A stretch of 64,000 nucleotides of DNA from an uncultured virus (IMG/VR IMGVR_UViG_3300046692_000581) (IMGVR_UViG_3300046692_000581), one strand, 5' to 3'; shown: positions 39,873 to 49,825, numbered from the stretch's first letter. Notes: generated from the letters alone by a model not told the origin. Translations and numbers: made by a program.

Positions 39873-40136
39873 ATGGCCAAAGAAATATTGTTGACAGAAC
39901 AGGAGCTGGATGAGGCGATCAAGAGAACTGAGAAACACAATGGCGTGGTTGAAAATCACTGGATAAAAGCTGATTCCGACAATCCAGATCACGAGCGAAG
40001 ATCCTGGAAAGTTGTTCATAACGGCGTGGATAAGTTCGCATTCAGAATCGCAGATCGTAACGATGCAAATAGGTACGATGACAACCTTCGTGATATTAAG
40101 GTTGTCCATGCTGAAGAAGTGCCAAGTGAAAAATGA
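39873..40136 (+). CDS. N-terminal half of split paralogue of 40853-41986
   Basis: MAKE...TEKHNGVVENHWI matches MAVKE...TEKENGFIETYRI; AAGGA SD. Confidence 0.65.
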   Translation: MAKEILLTEQELDEAIKRTEKHNGVVENHWIKADSDNPDHERRSWKVVHNGVDKFAFRIADRNDANRYDDNLRDIKVVHAEEVPSEK

Positions 40137-40722
40137 CCGTATTTATTATCGACCGGGAATTGATCCTGATGTTATGAGTTCAGACATACTGTACGGCATA
40201 GATCAGCTGAGCTACAAAATATTGTACAAGCATGATGTAAAGGTCGAATTTAAGGATGAGAATGTAGAAGTAACGATTCAAAGTGCACAAGGAAAGGTGT
40301 TGTCAAAAGGATTATTTCAAATAGTCGAAGGTGAATCCAAAAACTTTGAAATACCGAATGCGAGCCGGTCCATGGATTCTGCGATTCTTCCTTGGGTCGA
40401 TATTATTCCTCACTTTATGAAAACTCATTTCCATAGCAGGGTTGCAGAAATGGGGCGTTTTATTGGATCGGAAACATCGAAATTCCATGAGCTGTATGGT
40501 TCGTTGGAGACAATAGCTCTACTCAATGAAAACCACTTGCGCGATTCTTTGAGTCGCGACTATAAACGTGAATGGGGAAATTTTTCACACTTGGGTAATG
40601 CCGTTGAGCTGCAAAATACGATCCGCGAGAAATTGGAAGCCACTGGCTTGGCTCAGAAAATAGCCACATTCTTGACTGTTGATCGGACACTGAATGTCGA
40701 TGGCTCATCTGTAAGTCGTTGA
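40126..40722 (+). CDS. C-terminal half of split paralogue of 40853-41986 (+1 frame)
   Basis: DP...S.D...G..QL.Y...YKHDV...GKVLS, S.F...Y.SLE, TG.AQ..A.FL shared. Confidence 0.7.
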   Translation: MKNDRIYYRPGIDPDVMSSDILYGIDQLSYKILYKHDVKVEFKDENVEVTIQSAQGKVLSKGLFQIVEGESKNFEIPNASRSMDSAILPWVDIIPHFMKTHFHSRVAEMGRFIGSETSKFHELYGSLETIALLNENHLRDSLSRDYKREWGNFSHLGNAVELQNTIREKLEATGLAQKIATFLTVDRTLNVDGSSVSR

Positions 40723-40852
40723 GACGGATAACTGGCGCTAAGCTATTTTAAGTTTTGATTCATTGTCGGTTAGCTGTTACTTGGATTTCGCCCAATGAAT
40801 TGGATCGATATCCATTTCATGTTAATATATATAAAAATAAGAGAGCGCAATC

Positions 40853-41986
40853 ATGGCCGTTAAAGAATCCATTGAGCATATTGAGTCTAAAAGACTCCTT
40901 GAGGTAACCGAAAAAGAAAATGGTTTTATTGAAACCTACCGCATTCAGCTCAAGCATGATTTGAAACCGGGTGCGTGGCTGGATCTGCCTGAAGGCGATA
41001 TATCAGCCGTAAAAGTCAAGGTGGATGGTATTCCGAAGTATATGTTCAACAATCCGATGGACAACTACTTCCGTGCCACGTTGGTTGATGTAGAGGACGT
41101 GAATGAAGGCGCTGAATTGATTCAAGTTGACACGCCTTATGCGCATGCAGAAGCCTTGGCTGATGACAAGATACGTGATCGAACGTTGTCTAATGAGCGG
41201 GCCATGGCCAAAGCCAATGAGGATGCGCGTCATCGCCTTGTCGGTCTGAATGCCCTGTCGGAACATTATGGATTTGAGCCAGTCGAAAAATACTCTATTC
41301 GTTTCCAACAGCTTTCCAACATCATTGAGAAAATTGCAGAGTTCCAGGGCGGAAAACTCAATTTCAGTTCATTGCCCAAGGCTCGTACGTACAACGAGTT
41401 GCCAATCAATGAGCAGCAGCAATTTAGTATCTTTGACCCTAAGCTATTCAGTCCAGATGTGATGAAGGGACTGCGTCAGCTGGCCTATCGTGCTCAGTAC
41501 AAGCATGACGTGGGCATCACGCAGCATGACGACCATGTTGATGTGAAGATATTTGATGCGAAGGGTAAGGTGTTGAGCAACGCCAGCTTGCCGTTCTGTT
41601 TGGGTGAAGAGGAGTTCCATTCGCACAAACGTGAAGATATCGAAGATGTTGTGCCTTTGAATTTCTCGTTTATCCCAGAAATCATCAAAACGAAGGCGCA
41701 TGATGAAGCTGATTTTCAGCCAATGTGCGTAGAGCGTGGCCGACCTCTGAAAGTGGAGGATTCTCGCTTTGCGAAAGTGTACGAATCACTGGAGTTCATG
41801 ACCTTCATTCCGGGTGATTTTTTGGATGTGGTTAATGGCTTGTACACCGAGAAAGGCTTGGGTGAACGCTTTGAGTCACAAGTTCGCTATAATTTGTCAC
41901 GAACTGGCATCGCCCAGGAGGTTGCTGACTTCTTGAAGCCCAAACGCGAAGCGAAGCTGGAGTCGGGCGTCTCACTCTCCGCGTAA
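40853..41986 (+). CDS. hypothetical protein (intact paralogue)
   Basis: 377-aa ORF followed by terminator 42001-42027. Confidence 0.8.
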   Translation: MAVKESIEHIESKRLLEVTEKENGFIETYRIQLKHDLKPGAWLDLPEGDISAVKVKVDGIPKYMFNNPMDNYFRATLVDVEDVNEGAELIQVDTPYAHAEALADDKIRDRTLSNERAMAKANEDARHRLVGLNALSEHYGFEPVEKYSIRFQQLSNIIEKIAEFQGGKLNFSSLPKARTYNELPINEQQQFSIFDPKLFSPDVMKGLRQLAYRAQYKHDVGITQHDDHVDVKIFDAKGKVLSNASLPFCLGEEEFHSHKREDIEDVVPLNFSFIPEIIKTKAHDEADFQPMCVERGRPLKVEDSRFAKVYESLEFMTFIPGDFLDVVNGLYTEKGLGERFESQVRYNLSRTGIAQEVADFLKPKREAKLESGVSLSA

Positions 41987-42032
41987 TATCGTAAATAACT
42001 GCCCCTTCCGAGGGGCTTTTGTTTTTTCTACA

Positions 42033-42060
42033 TTGACAGTTTTTGCTTATTATATATAAT
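42033..42060 (+). promoter_or_regulatory. sigma70 promoter
   Basis: TTGACA-N16-TATAAT. Confidence 0.8.
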
Positions 42061-42083
42061 AAAAATAATGATTGAGGTGTTTT

Positions 42084-42971
42084 ATGGGTGAAATTAATGA
42101 CCTGAAGGTGTCCTGTTGGAGCGACCTTCATTTGGATTATGGTTATGATGGGCTATTGGCGCTGCCTTTGCCGGATGTCGATGTCCTGATCATTGCTGGT
42201 GATCTGGCCTTTAATTCTGAGTATCAGGAAAGGGCCTTGGCTTATCTCGCCCAAAAATACCAATACGTGCTTTATGTCCCTGGAAATCATGAGTATGAGT
42301 ACAAGGATATTCATGAGCACCGAAAGCATCTGGCTGGTCTGAAGATCCCTAACGTGTATGTGCTGGACGATGGGTTTATTGATATCCAGGGTGTCCGTTT
42401 TATTGGTTCAACCTTGTGGACTGATTGTGGAAACGATAAGCATCAGGAAATCTTGAATGAACGCATTTTTCAGCACTGGAAGATCAGTAGTGATGGCAAG
42501 CCGTTTCTCGCTGGTGAGTCGACTGAGATGCACCATCGGATGCTGGATTATGTGGGGTTTCAGCTGGGTGAGGCGCGGCGCGCAGGACTTCAGTCCGTTG
42601 TGATCAGCCACCCTGCCCCCTTGTTCAGTAGCGTCCATCCGGCTTATCAGAACTCGATGAACAACGAGGCGTTTTACACTGACTTGCGCGATTTCATTGA
42701 CTTGCACCAACCTGCCTATTGGTTTCACGGCCACATGCACCATAGCTCGCGCTATAGAAGGGGCCAGTCGGTTGTCGTCTGTAACCCACTCGGCAATCCG
42801 GCCAACCCTGAGCACGCCAATCCAAAATTTGATCCGTTGCTGACCATTTGCATTCCGCCTCTGGTTGATGATGGGGATGCAGATTGGTCAGCTGAATTAC
42901 AGATGGCTACTCCCGAGCTTCATGATGAGTGCCTTGCTATAGTCTCTCAACGCTTGGATGTGGAGGTTTAA
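42084..42971 (+). CDS. calcineurin-like metallophosphoesterase
   Basis: SDLH, AGD, PGNHE, SHPAP, HGHMH motifs; GAGGT SD. Confidence 0.9.
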   Translation: MGEINDLKVSCWSDLHLDYGYDGLLALPLPDVDVLIIAGDLAFNSEYQERALAYLAQKYQYVLYVPGNHEYEYKDIHEHRKHLAGLKIPNVYVLDDGFIDIQGVRFIGSTLWTDCGNDKHQEILNERIFQHWKISSDGKPFLAGESTEMHHRMLDYVGFQLGEARRAGLQSVVISHPAPLFSSVHPAYQNSMNNEAFYTDLRDFIDLHQPAYWFHGHMHHSSRYRRGQSVVVCNPLGNPANPEHANPKFDPLLTICIPPLVDDGDADWSAELQMATPELHDECLAIVSQRLDVEV

Positions 42972-42972
42972 C

Positions 42973-43125
42973 ATGAGTGATAAGCCTAAAAAGCCAGCTG
43001 ATGAAAATTCTCAGCCACAAGGTACGGTGGTGGTTGTGGGTAATTTTGCTGAAGCCAGGAAAAAGAAGGAATACGACGAGGCGCTCAAGAAAATTCTTGA
43101 GCGCGCCTCAAAACTCGATTGGTAA
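42973..43125 (+). CDS. 50-aa hypothetical protein
   Basis: manual translation MSDKPKK...ASKLDW*; GGAGG SD. Confidence 0.6.
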   Translation: MSDKPKKPADENSQPQGTVVVVGNFAEARKKKEYDEALKKILERASKLDW

Positions 43126-43181
43126 TGTTGCTTAATTAATCCTGGTACAGCGCCGATTGGTCTGATTAACAATGGGAAAGG

Positions 43182-43820
43182 TCACTTGGTTTCTAGTGAT
43201 GCCTTATCATTGATGAACATATTGGAGATTGAAAAGATTTCATTTAGAGGTGTAGATGGAAGGTATTCTTTGTCTTCTATGGTATAGCCATACATTTCAC
43301 TAGCATCCCACACCTCTTTGTTTATCTTACTGATGCATAGCTGGCCATCCATTATAATTTTGATGGTGTTGTGGAATGGATGCTCCGCGCCAATTCCGTA
43401 ATACTTAGCGACATTGACTTGTTTAGTGTTTATGTTCGCGACAACAGAGCTGACTTTGCCATCACCGAACCAGAAGTGCAGGGTTTCTTTGCACTCCAAT
43501 ACTTTGGCGTTAACGTTGGCAAAAGCAGTTGGAAAAAGTTTCGATTGAGCATGAAGATTTTGATATTCCACGTAGCAATATTTAGTTTGTCCGGATGCCA
43601 AAACAACACCTGTTTTCCGATGCGCAACAGAAAATTGGCCAAAGAAGTTAAATCGGATGCTGTAGTCATTTGCGTTATAATTTGGATGTTCAAGCAAGCC
43701 ATTGATGACGCGAATTGTTTCATTTGTGATATTTTCCAGGCCATATAACTTTCGCAGAGCGTAGTTCAATGGCCACAACAATTGCACTGGTTTAAAGCTT
43801 ATCAATGTATTAACCCTCAA
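43182..43820 (-). CDS. hypothetical AT-rich protein
   Basis: 212-aa ORF; start uncertain. Confidence 0.55.
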   Translation of the reverse strand: MRVNTLISFKPVQLLWPLNYALRKLYGLENITNETIRVINGLLEHPNYNANDYSIRFNFFGQFSVAHRKTGVVLASGQTKYCYVEYQNLHAQSKLFPTAFANVNAKVLECKETLHFWFGDGKVSSVVANINTKQVNVAKYYGIGAEHPFHNTIKIIMDGQLCISKINKEVWDASEMYGYTIEDKEYLPSTPLNEIFSISNMFINDKASLETK

Positions 43821-43888
43821 AATCTATATTGTAAGCAATTTAACTTCCACTGTCTTCAGAATAAACAAGTTCTATGGCGGAATGCTTA

Positions 43889-45031
43889 TTAGATGTTGCA
43901 TTCATTTTTAAGCCGCTCATACAAATCGGCAATGCATTCAGGATCGCTTGAGCTGTTGTCGAATTCAACTAGATTGCCAAAATGAGAGTTTGAAATGGAT
44001 TCTTCGATTTGTACCTTCTTGGCGCTATTGCTTTTCATGTGTTTGATGCGGTTTTCAGCAACCACGGGGTCTATTTTCCTGAATTTTGCCAGACGCTCAT
44101 GGCGTACGTAATCATCGGCATTGACCAGAATGACGTGATTATTGCAAAGATTGAGGAGATCGCTCTCCACGAGCAGAGCGGCGTTAATCAGCACAATTCC
44201 TTGCTTGCCACGAAGTTCTTGCCGCAACAGCACCATGACTGGGTCTTTAAAAATATTGTTCAAAAAGTCCACATGTTCTTTGCTGTTTGCGGAGCCGAAG
44301 GCAATCTGACCAATTTTTGAGCGATCCAGTGTGCCGAAGTGGTTTTGAATTTTCTCGCGAATGTGCTTATACCCTGGCTTATTCGAGTCGTAGACTTGAT
44401 GGGCCAATTTATCGAGTTCAATGTTGTGAACCAGCGGGTTGCTTTCTGATGCGGCGTGTTGTTTCTCAGCATAAATAGCCAGCTGGTCAGCCACATACGA
44501 TTTTCCGGATCCCATTACGCCTGTCACTCCGTAGACAAGCTGATTTGAGATCTTGCGTTCGAGCATCTTCTTAACTGGGAGCGGCACGTATTCGTGAATG
44601 AGTCCATTCTCAGCCTGAAGTGCTTTTACGTTACTGGAACTCACATGGGCGAGTTTGGAGCGCGAAAACATGAAAAAGGTATCAATGTTCATCTGAGAGC
44701 CATTGATCTGATCAAGGGCCTGCTCAGCCACTGCATCCGAGGCATTTCGAATTCCACGGATAATGATGGTGGCACCTTGTTCAAATGCGAAGTCCACAAG
44801 CAGCCCTTCGAAGAACATCACTTCAACATTGTTAAGGTGCGACATCGATTGTTTGGCAACAGCTATCCGCTCGGTAGGGGTTAGCGTGTATTTTTTGTTG
44901 GGATTTACACCAAGACCGACAATGAGGCGATCAAACCCAGCGGCAGCACGGTTGATGATATCAATATGGCCAAATGTGATTGGGTCACCAGAAAGTGCGT
45001 AAACGGCAGTAATCATGCAGTGTTTCTCCAT
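43889..45031 (-). CDS. coaD: phosphopantetheine adenylyltransferase fused to dephospho-CoA kinase (CoaD-CoaE)
   Basis: DPITFGHIDII, IIRGIR, VSSSNVK (PPAT), then GVTGVMGSGKS, D.LAH, LDR..IG...F, LLVE (DPCK). Confidence 0.88.
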   Translation of the reverse strand: MEKHCMITAVYALSGDPITFGHIDIINRAAAGFDRLIVGLGVNPNKKYTLTPTERIAVAKQSMSHLNNVEVMFFEGLLVDFAFEQGATIIIRGIRNASDAVAEQALDQINGSQMNIDTFFMFSRSKLAHVSSSNVKALQAENGLIHEYVPLPVKKMLERKISNQLVYGVTGVMGSGKSYVADQLAIYAEKQHAASESNPLVHNIELDKLAHQVYDSNKPGYKHIREKIQNHFGTLDRSKIGQIAFGSANSKEHVDFLNNIFKDPVMVLLRQELRGKQGIVLINAALLVESDLLNLCNNHVILVNADDYVRHERLAKFRKIDPVVAENRIKHMKSNSAKKVQIEESISNSHFGNLVEFDNSSSDPECIADLYERLKNECNI

Positions 45032-45147
45032 TCAATGCTCGAAAAGTGCCATGGGCGGCATGGTGGTCGTACCGTGACCTTGGTCACGAGCGACGCAGTG
45101 GTGACGAGGCTGGAAATTTCGGTTTTTCATGAGCTTTATAGGTGGTA

Positions 45148-45222
45148 ATTATATGGTGGAAGGTAAACTTGTCAATTATTTTTGTTATCGTGATTGACAC
45201 GCAGTAGAGATCAATCTATAAT
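45148..45222. promoter_or_regulatory. back-to-back divergent sigma70 promoters
   Basis: minus TTGACA-N16-TATAAT 45148-45175; plus TTGACA-N17-TATAAT 45194-45222. Confidence 0.85.
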
Positions 45223-45252
45223 ATAGCCACATTCATTTTAGAGGTTTCGGTA

Positions 45253-45438
45253 ATGGCTCTCAGCCAATATAAGTTCGTTGGTATCCGTAAAAACGGTTCT
45301 GTGGCTACGATTGTGGAAAATGGCATTAATGAAAAGGATGCCCGAAAAAAAGCAAACAAAGTTTTCAAGACCATCACAGAATGTCGCCGTATTACAGATG
45401 TGATCAACGAACCAGCCGAAGTCCAGGCAAGCTCTTAA
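45253..45438 (+). CDS. small hypothetical protein
   Basis: GAGGT SD, own promoter and downstream terminator. Confidence 0.65.
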   Translation: MALSQYKFVGIRKNGSVATIVENGINEKDARKKANKVFKTITECRRITDVINEPAEVQASS

Positions 45439-45602
45439 AGTCACCGTTATTCGGTATAAGCGCGCACCATTCACTTGGGCGCATCTAAACAAAGCCCTTC
45501 TCGTAAGGGTTTTGTTGATTTTCAGCTATAGTTTTTGTATGAGTTAAATCCTGCCATCGCCATGAGCGTGGCATTTTTGTAGTCCTGAGTAGGAGAAGCA
45601 CG

Positions 45603-46136
45603 ATGAGTTTGTATCAGAAAGCAAAACAGCTGCGAGCGGAAACCCGAGGCAAGCCTGAGCAAGTGGTTGCTTGTGGCATTATCACCATGCTGCTGGGTGA
45701 TCTTGAAAAAGACGCCATTAACGGCAAAGAATTTCGGGAAAAGCTCATTCCGCTGACTGAAGACATGGAGCGCCCAGAGGATCCACAAGCCACCAAGACA
45801 GTCGATGGCGTGGAATACCTGATTACGTTTGAGCTAGTCAAAGATGACAGCGAGATCACTGACGAAAAGGTTGAGTCCAAAGTCCGTAAATTCATCAAAA
45901 GCAACGTGGAATCGATTAAGTTCGGTCACAAGCAGAGTGAAAAATTCGCGGCTGAGAATGAGGTTTTGAAGCAGTTTCTTCCGGCCATGATGGACGATGA
46001 CACTCTGCGCCAGCACATCGCTTCCTCGCAGGCGACCAACCTTGGCGGGGTCATGAAGCACCTGAAGCAGTTCCAGGGCCTCTACGATGGCGCGTCGGCC
46101 AAGAAGTTCGCCGAAGAATACCTTGCCTCCAAATAA
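45603..46136 (+). CDS. GatB/YqeY-domain protein
   Basis: ENEVLKQFLP, NLGGVMKHLK, YDG motifs; AGGAG SD. Confidence 0.75.
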   Translation: MSLYQKAKQLRAETRGKPEQVVACGIITMLLGDLEKDAINGKEFREKLIPLTEDMERPEDPQATKTVDGVEYLITFELVKDDSEITDEKVESKVRKFIKSNVESIKFGHKQSEKFAAENEVLKQFLPAMMDDDTLRQHIASSQATNLGGVMKHLKQFQGLYDGASAKKFAEEYLASK

Positions 46137-46183
46137 CCCATTGCTGCTGACCAGAAAGTCTGGTCAGCTTTAGGAGTAGTTTC

Positions 46184-46525
46184 ATGATGAAAATAATTTT
46201 TACGGCTGCGGCTTTGCTGCTTGCTGGCGCCGCTTACGCGGCTGATGAAGTGGCTGTGAATGTACTTCCCGACAATGTTATTAGTGAGTCCGGTCATGAG
46301 ACCACCTATCTTTCCAAGGCCGAGACGCTGCCCAATGGCGACATCGAGTTGACACCGGGAACCATGTTTACGGGTGTGCGAAAGATCAAAGAAGGCGATA
46401 AGTGCTTTAACGTGACGATCAAGGGTTTCTTGAAGGACAAGAAACAGGGAGATAAGAATGTACAGGAGCCGGTCACCACCGAATCCCGCGAGGTCATCCC
46501 TTGCCCTACTGACAGCTCGGTTTAG
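46184..46525 (+). CDS. exported hypothetical protein
   Basis: signal peptide ending AYA; AGGAG SD; terminator 46541-46572. Confidence 0.7.
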   Translation: MMKIIFTAAALLLAGAAYAADEVAVNVLPDNVISESGHETTYLSKAETLPNGDIELTPGTMFTGVRKIKEGDKCFNVTIKGFLKDKKQGDKNVQEPVTTESREVIPCPTDSSV

Positions 46526-46815
46526 AACTTCAGTTGATCAAAAGAAGGCCGACATTGTCGGCCTTTATTTTTGTGTGATATTATCGCCATATCAATTGAC
46601 AAAAAACATGAATGTCAGTATGATTGACACATGCAAGATTGATTGCGACAAATCCCATATTCATCGGCTATATATGTCGTTGAGCTGCCCCGACTTTTGG
46701 CAGTCCTGAGTTGTTGATTTGATGCGCACTTGTTCTTGGTTTTACGTGTGAAAAAGCGTCGAGCTAACGCGTTCTGCGCTCAACAACTCAATTGAATGAC
46801 AACAAGGATTGAACA

Positions 46816-47277
46816 ATGAAAACAAAATCTCTACTGATCGCGATGTTGCTGGCAGTCACTTCATTGACTGGCTGCGTTTCCAGTCAGTCCTCCGGGGTCT
46901 ATTCACGAGCGGATGCTCAGCGTGCCCAATCGGTCGAAGCCGGGACTGTTCTCGCACTGCGTGCGGTGACCATAGAGGGTACTCACAGTTACATTGGCGC
47001 TGGCGTCGGTGCATTGATGGGTGGTATCGCGGGTACGGCCATTGGTGGTGGTCGCGGCATGTACCTCGGGGCTATCGCTGGTGCCGCTGGTGGTGGCGTT
47101 GCAGGGGCCTACGGTGAAGAGCGTTTGACGCGGGCCAATGGAGTTGAAATCACCGTTCGTGAAGACAGTGGATATCGACAAGCATTCGTCCAGGAAGTTG
47201 ACGATAAACAGATTTTCCGCGTAGGTGACCGCGTACGCATCCTGACGATTAACGGCAAGTCCCGCGTCTCCCTGTAA
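46816..47277 (+). CDS. slyB: SlyB-like glycine-zipper outer-membrane lipoprotein
   Basis: Lipobox LTGC, glycine zipper, GVEITVR.D.G, FRVGDRVR. Confidence 0.88.
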   Translation: MKTKSLLIAMLLAVTSLTGCVSSQSSGVYSRADAQRAQSVEAGTVLALRAVTIEGTHSYIGAGVGALMGGIAGTAIGGGRGMYLGAIAGAAGGGVAGAYGEERLTRANGVEITVREDSGYRQAFVQEVDDKQIFRVGDRVRILTINGKSRVSL

Positions 47278-47439
47278 TAAATCATGACTCAAAAGGCCGG
47301 AATTGCTCCGGTTTTTTGCGTTTTGATAGTGCGATTAGTTCACTCCCCTACACTGTGCATTTTGACGCGAGCCTCCCTATTGACCCTAAAAGTCGGTAAG
47401 ATGCCGCTCGAAATTCCATTGTTCAGGAGACAGTGCTTA

Positions 47440-48270
47440 ATGAACACCGAAAATCGGCAGGTTGAAGAGCAGCCTGTGACGCCAATTGATTACAAAGACC
47501 GCTATGAGGCGGCGATTGGTCGGTCTGAGCACAAGGAGCTATCCCAGCAATGCTCGGAGCTGGTTATTGCTCGCCTGATGTCCATCAAGCCAAATACCCA
47601 GGCCACGCTGCTCACCAAGCAGATTGAAGCCTTCGCGGCGAAGGGTGACGTCGACAAGATTCTTGAATTGTCCCTTGAGCTTCGTCAATACAAGGATGAG
47701 GAAAGCGGTCGCCTGGAAAGGCTTGCGACAATGCGCAGCGAATACAGCTTTGAGGATCTTCTGTCGGCGTTCCCGGAGGAGTTGCAGTCCTTGGCTTACG
47801 AGCTTGCATTCGACGTCCTGGAATGCACGGAAAGGGGTTTGAAAGCCCCTGTGGCCAAACGCCCTACCCGCCTGCGCACCAAGCCAGCTAAAAAAAGCTA
47901 CGTGATTGCCAAAGGCGATCAATCCATCACAGTAGTGGCCAATACTGGTCGGCCAAAATCTCCCGGTGAAGAGCGTGATTTTTATGCCTTCGTTGGCTTT
48001 GAGGTGTCCGAAGACGGCAAGTCTTTGTCGCCCGCCTCTTTTACTAGCAAGGCTGGTGAGCGGATCGAGGGGGCCAAAATATCCAAGCGATCCATCATTG
48101 AAGATCTGCTGGCAAAAAACGCCTACTGGCTGGACATGGGCTTGAGCATTACCGAGGTCGCTGAGGTTACTGAGACCAAGAGCGATGCGCCTGCTGCTCA
48201 AGCGCCTCAGTCCGTAACGGGCACGGAAGCGTCTGAGAACCGCGATGAACGTCACGCGGTAGCCTCTTAA
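47440..48270 (+). CDS. hypothetical protein, coiled-coil plus basic linker
   Basis: AGGAGA SD; loosely MvaT/H-NS-like layout, not established. Confidence 0.65.
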   Translation: MNTENRQVEEQPVTPIDYKDRYEAAIGRSEHKELSQQCSELVIARLMSIKPNTQATLLTKQIEAFAAKGDVDKILELSLELRQYKDEESGRLERLATMRSEYSFEDLLSAFPEELQSLAYELAFDVLECTERGLKAPVAKRPTRLRTKPAKKSYVIAKGDQSITVVANTGRPKSPGEERDFYAFVGFEVSEDGKSLSPASFTSKAGERIEGAKISKRSIIEDLLAKNAYWLDMGLSITEVAEVTETKSDAPAAQAPQSVTGTEASENRDERHAVAS

Positions 48271-48353
48271 TCAAGCAGAGTACGCCGAGTGTGGTTGGGT
48301 GAACATGAACACTTACCACACTTGGCAGTCTTAATTTAACGCGTAGTCTTTGA

Positions 48354-48941
48354 TTAGGCGGAAACTTGCGCCTTGGCTTTTCGTTGCTTAATAACTGTAT
48401 AGCCATTGTCATCGTATTTAATGATCGATTTTGATGTTTTGACCATCAGTGCACGTGCCTTGCTGAATTCAAGCGGCTCTTCAGACGTCATGATCATCGA
48501 AAGGCCGTCCGGCTTGACGAAGATAAACATGCTGATGCTGTCAACCTTCTCAAAAAAGTAGCGACCAGGGTCGTAGAGGTTTACATAGTTTTTATTGAAG
48601 CGGTATTGAAGCCAGATCTCTTTGTTTGTCTCTTTCTTGCTCTCTCTAACGCGGCATGTAAATCGGTCGCCGACTTTAAAAGAGCTGCCCTGCATGTCGT
48701 CATAGACAGGCTCACTGCTAGGGTCGATGGTGCCGTAATAGTTGTCTTCTTCGTCCTCATCATAGATATAGGCAATCGACGCAGACCGAAAGCCCTTTAG
48801 AATATCGAGACGTATATCGCCAAAGATGAATAGCGCCTCTGATATTTTGAGCTGTTGATCTGCGACTTCTTTTGCGAGCTTCACTTCTTTGGCTTCGCGA
48901 GCGAGGCGATCCCCCCTCGACTCAAATAGATCATCGAACAT
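48354..48941 (-). CDS. hypothetical protein
   Basis: 195-aa ORF, GGAGG SD. Confidence 0.7.
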   Translation of the reverse strand: MFDDLFESRGDRLAREAKEVKLAKEVADQQLKISEALFIFGDIRLDILKGFRSASIAYIYDEDEEDNYYGTIDPSSEPVYDDMQGSSFKVGDRFTCRVRESKKETNKEIWLQYRFNKNYVNLYDPGRYFFEKVDSISMFIFVKPDGLSMIMTSEEPLEFSKARALMVKTSKSIIKYDDNGYTVIKQRKAKAQVSA

Positions 48942-49069
48942 CTTGGTCCTCCCAACGAATGAGCGAAGGCTAGCACATCGCTAGCTTCCGAAGAAGCCTG
49001 AAGCGATGAGCGTACTGGGACAGAGTTCATATACCTGTCGAATTCCTTAACGGCTGGCCAAAAGCCACT

Positions 49070-49825
49070 TCAGTAGCGAGAAAACGTGGCTTGAAGGTTG
49101 CGATGCTGCTGAAGTTGAATCGATGAGAAGCTGAAATCTTGGATTACGGTCTGTCCTCCAATAAGCTTCAATTCGTACTTGGGTGAGCTGATCTCAACGC
49201 CGAGGGTTTCTTCCATCAGTTTGATTAGCGCCTCGGTATTGCGCTGCGTGTAAATCATTGAGGTGGAGTTGCTGATGTGTTCTTCAACGATCCATTCAGT
49301 ATCGAAATGGCCTTTGAATCGCTCAATTTGTTGTTCATGCTCAGAGGCTGCTTGTGCCGCTTCAGCCTCACTCTTGATGCCGAATTCAAACGCGCTCGCT
49401 CGATGCCCGTAGACAGTCAGGACGCCTTCCAGGGCCGTACCCACGCGCAACCTGAAATTGCCGGACAATCCAACAGCCTTCAATTGAGCGTCAACTTTGT
49501 CCTCCATGGTATTAACGAATTGGCACAGCGATTCAAAGCTGAGCCCTTGCGCTGAACCCAGCTTTCGCTCCAGCTCCCTGACTTGTTGATTGAGGCTTCG
49601 GACTTGTTGCGTGCGTTCGTCCATGTCCATGCCCATGTCTTGCAGCAGGTATTGATTGGACGCGTGCTGTGACTTGAGCATGCGCAGAACTTGGTCTTTA
49701 TCTTTGTCGCCTTCCAAGTACCCTTTTACCAGTGAAAACCAGAGGGACGTGTTGTCCATAAACTTGATTACGTGCTTTCTAAAAACTTCGTCCATGGTTA
49801 TCCCTCGTTGGTTACAGAGTAGCAA
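49070..49825 (-). CDS. hypothetical coiled-coil protein
   Basis: likely start MDEVFR with GAGGG SD. Confidence 0.7.
   Translation of the reverse strand: MLLCNQRGITMDEVFRKHVIKFMDNTSLWFSLVKGYLEGDKDKDQVLRMLKSQHASNQYLLQDMGMDMDERTQQVRSLNQQVRELERKLGSAQGLSFESLCQFVNTMEDKVDAQLKAVGLSGNFRLRVGTALEGVLTVYGHRASAFEFGIKSEAEAAQAASEHEQQIERFKGHFDTEWIVEEHISNSTSMIYTQRNTEALIKLMEETLGVEISSPKYELKLIGGQTVIQDFSFSSIQLQQHRNLQATFSRY

Noticed and set aside
47440..48270. Naming this gene MvaT/H-NS
   Set aside because: Only the general layout matches; it is twice the usual length and lacks the conserved DNA-binding motif.
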